Source of the DNA: Pocillopora damicornis
Lineage: Eukaryota
DNA: 63,861 bases
Assembly: GCF_003704095.1 (NCBI RefSeq)
Contig: NW_020846697.1
Location: forward strand, 372,001-435,861
Direction: 5' to 3'
Positions 62,061 to 63,861 of the stretch are shown here, piece by piece; position 1 is the first letter of the stretch, and each line of letters opens with the position of its first letter. The position numbers were made by a program, and so were the translations under genes. The notes beneath the pieces are model-generated. The model was not told where the DNA came from. It did no database searches and worked only from the letters and a program-made list of their open reading frames with translations.

Positions 62061-63861
62061 GATTAAGATAATATAATCGATGAATCGATTGTAGCAGTAG
62101 CTAGTTCCATGCTTTTTTACGTATGGAGGTTAGGAAATACCTCTCATGTATAAATACCCTTTCTCAATCTCGAAGACCTCTGATTTTCTGCTGGCGTATC
62201 TCTAATATCCCTTTTACTGCTTTTTATATTGTTATGTTTCCTTGAACAAGTTTGGTTAAATGTTTTGTTTATCACAAATTTATACACAGCTAGGTTTAGA
62301 TTATCCTTAGTTTATTTACCTACCTGTTTATACTCCTGATTTTACCATGTTTCTACAATCATTCTTATGTCCTTGAACATGTTAATTAATACCTCTCGTA
62401 TGCAGTTTTAAAAGAGACTATTCAACTATTTCAATGTTTATGCCTTATAATACTCTCACACAGATTTGTACATAACTGGAGTAATCATCGTTCCATATAA
62501 ATGACGTACCACTTACAGATTTATTAGCATTTTTCATTTCAAGTATTTGTTTTCTAAATCTAATTTGGTAGATTTCAGATCTATCATTCACTAAATGTAG
62601 CACAACATCTTCTTTTTTGTCATTTTTCAATCAGTTGTTGGTATTTTTATTCTCGGATATTGATTTTAACGCTAGAGCCTGGATGAAGATCGCTCTTTAT
62701 AATTCTGGTTTACTTGGTCCGAACAAAGTGTTGTTGTTGTTGTTGAGGTTGTTGTTCTTGTTCTTGTCGATAACCTCGGGTCTTTATTGTTGGTTTCGTG
62801 CAAAATGGTATTGGAGACTTACATTCCCTCAGTCAATCAAAAAAATTCATCTTGAACGTAAAAGAGAAGAGCTAATCTCTTCCCTTCCTCTAACATTCGT
62901 TTTAGAGAATTATTTTATGCCAAAGAATGTCGGGTTGCGGGCTAAATATCAAAAGGTGGCTTTTGCAATGCCGATGAATATTACAAAGCCAAAGAAAGGA
63001 AACAGAAATCACAAAGATTACATTCCTCTTCAAGTTTCCACCACCAAATTTTCGTGTTTATTTCCATGCATCGAAACAAATGGAAAATTTTGAGTTAAAG
63101 CGGTAAAGCGTACTACGCCTATCGAAAGGCATCAAGGACTTACGACCTGAGCTTTTTTAGTATTATTGAATCTGTTTTCCTGAAATTAAACATGGGCTGT
63201 CAGAACAACAATTCGAACACCTTCGCAGAAATGTCGCACATGAACAGCAATGTACTTAATGATCAACTGAAAATCAATCCTCGACTGCCAAAGATAAAAC
63301 AAGACCTTATGTGCGGGTCCATAATATATAGATTTAGCCAAGCCTAAAAGCGGAGCTCTTGTTAGTTTATTTTCCAGCCCTACGTTACACTGAATAAAAA
63401 CTGAATAAAACTCTTTAGCACTGGCTGTAAAAGAGTTTCTTCAATGGATTGAAAGACCAGTTCAGGGGGTGGTTAGGTGGGGAAGAATTGACGAAGTCTG
63501 GATCTCTGGACGGTGTTCTCACAACTACACACATACTAGTCAGTGGTATCTTCAGACAGCGTACGACCTTCATCGTTGTTCTTGATGTTGTGACCAAATT
63601 CTCGAAGATAGGGAGTGTTTTTTTCTTCAGATGAAGTGCATGCTGTCGGCATCAGTTGAAATTATATCCTATTGAGCGTGACTTATAATTTCGGTTTGGA
63701 AAAATGAGCCAAAATTGAAAGAAACGACAGTAAACCACTTTGCGTTAAGACATTATATGTGGATTGAGGTGTACACGTGCAGTGAGCACGGCAAGTCAGT
63801 AAAAACAATACGCCAGAATCGTATGAGCTTCTCTTATATCTTCTCTTGAAGTTGCCAGGTA

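Larger units (their letters stand above)
55605..63505 (+). repeat. Recent segmental tandem duplication: 55605-58290 vs 60811-63505 (~2.7 kb unit)
   Basis: Near-identical gene plus ~1.4 kb of 3' flank; the copies diverge after ...gtctggatct. Confidence 0.95.

Noticed and set aside
57431-63093. ORFs 57431, 57701 and 62617 in the duplicated 3' flank
   Set aside because: The frame is not preserved between the two near-identical copies (indels, GTT microsatellite), so they are non-coding.
1-63861. CRISPR array, operon or other prokaryotic system
   Set aside because: No regularly spaced repeat-spacer array; spliceosomal introns and metazoan gene families throughout.

Overview
Eukaryotic, AT-rich animal genomic DNA with GT-AG introns and three N-gaps. 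Repeat content and gene families point to a cnidarian, most likely a stony coral and possibly a pocilloporid; this is inference from recalled repeat motifs, not a database result. Left to right the window holds: (1) a two-coding-exon MARCH-type RING-CH/2TM E3 ligase on the minus strand; (2) about 13 kb with little coding signal, containing one orphan CxxC...CxxCH ORF; (3) an 8-exon, ~1073-aa rootletin/CROCC-like coiled-coil gene that appears to lack the N-terminal half; (4) a 192-aa orphan gene; (5) two paralogous intronless class-A GPCRs with NFxxY instead of NPxxY, flanking an intronless ~11-TM protein of unknown function; (6) a 198-aa orphan gene; (7) a class-A GPCR with a ~370-aa third intracellular loop; (8) a tandem birth-and-death array of five NAT16/histidine N-acetyltransferase-like GNAT genes: two pseudogenes, two intact copies and one cut by a gap. 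The most striking signal is in the GNAT array. Four of the five copies carry a mitochondrial-presequence-like N-terminus, and the two intact copies differ almost only at non-synonymous sites across the GNAT domain (hand count: 21 amino-acid changes vs 2 silent). Several MITEs, SINEs and hairpin elements are present. There are no CRISPR, rRNA or bona fide tRNA genes.
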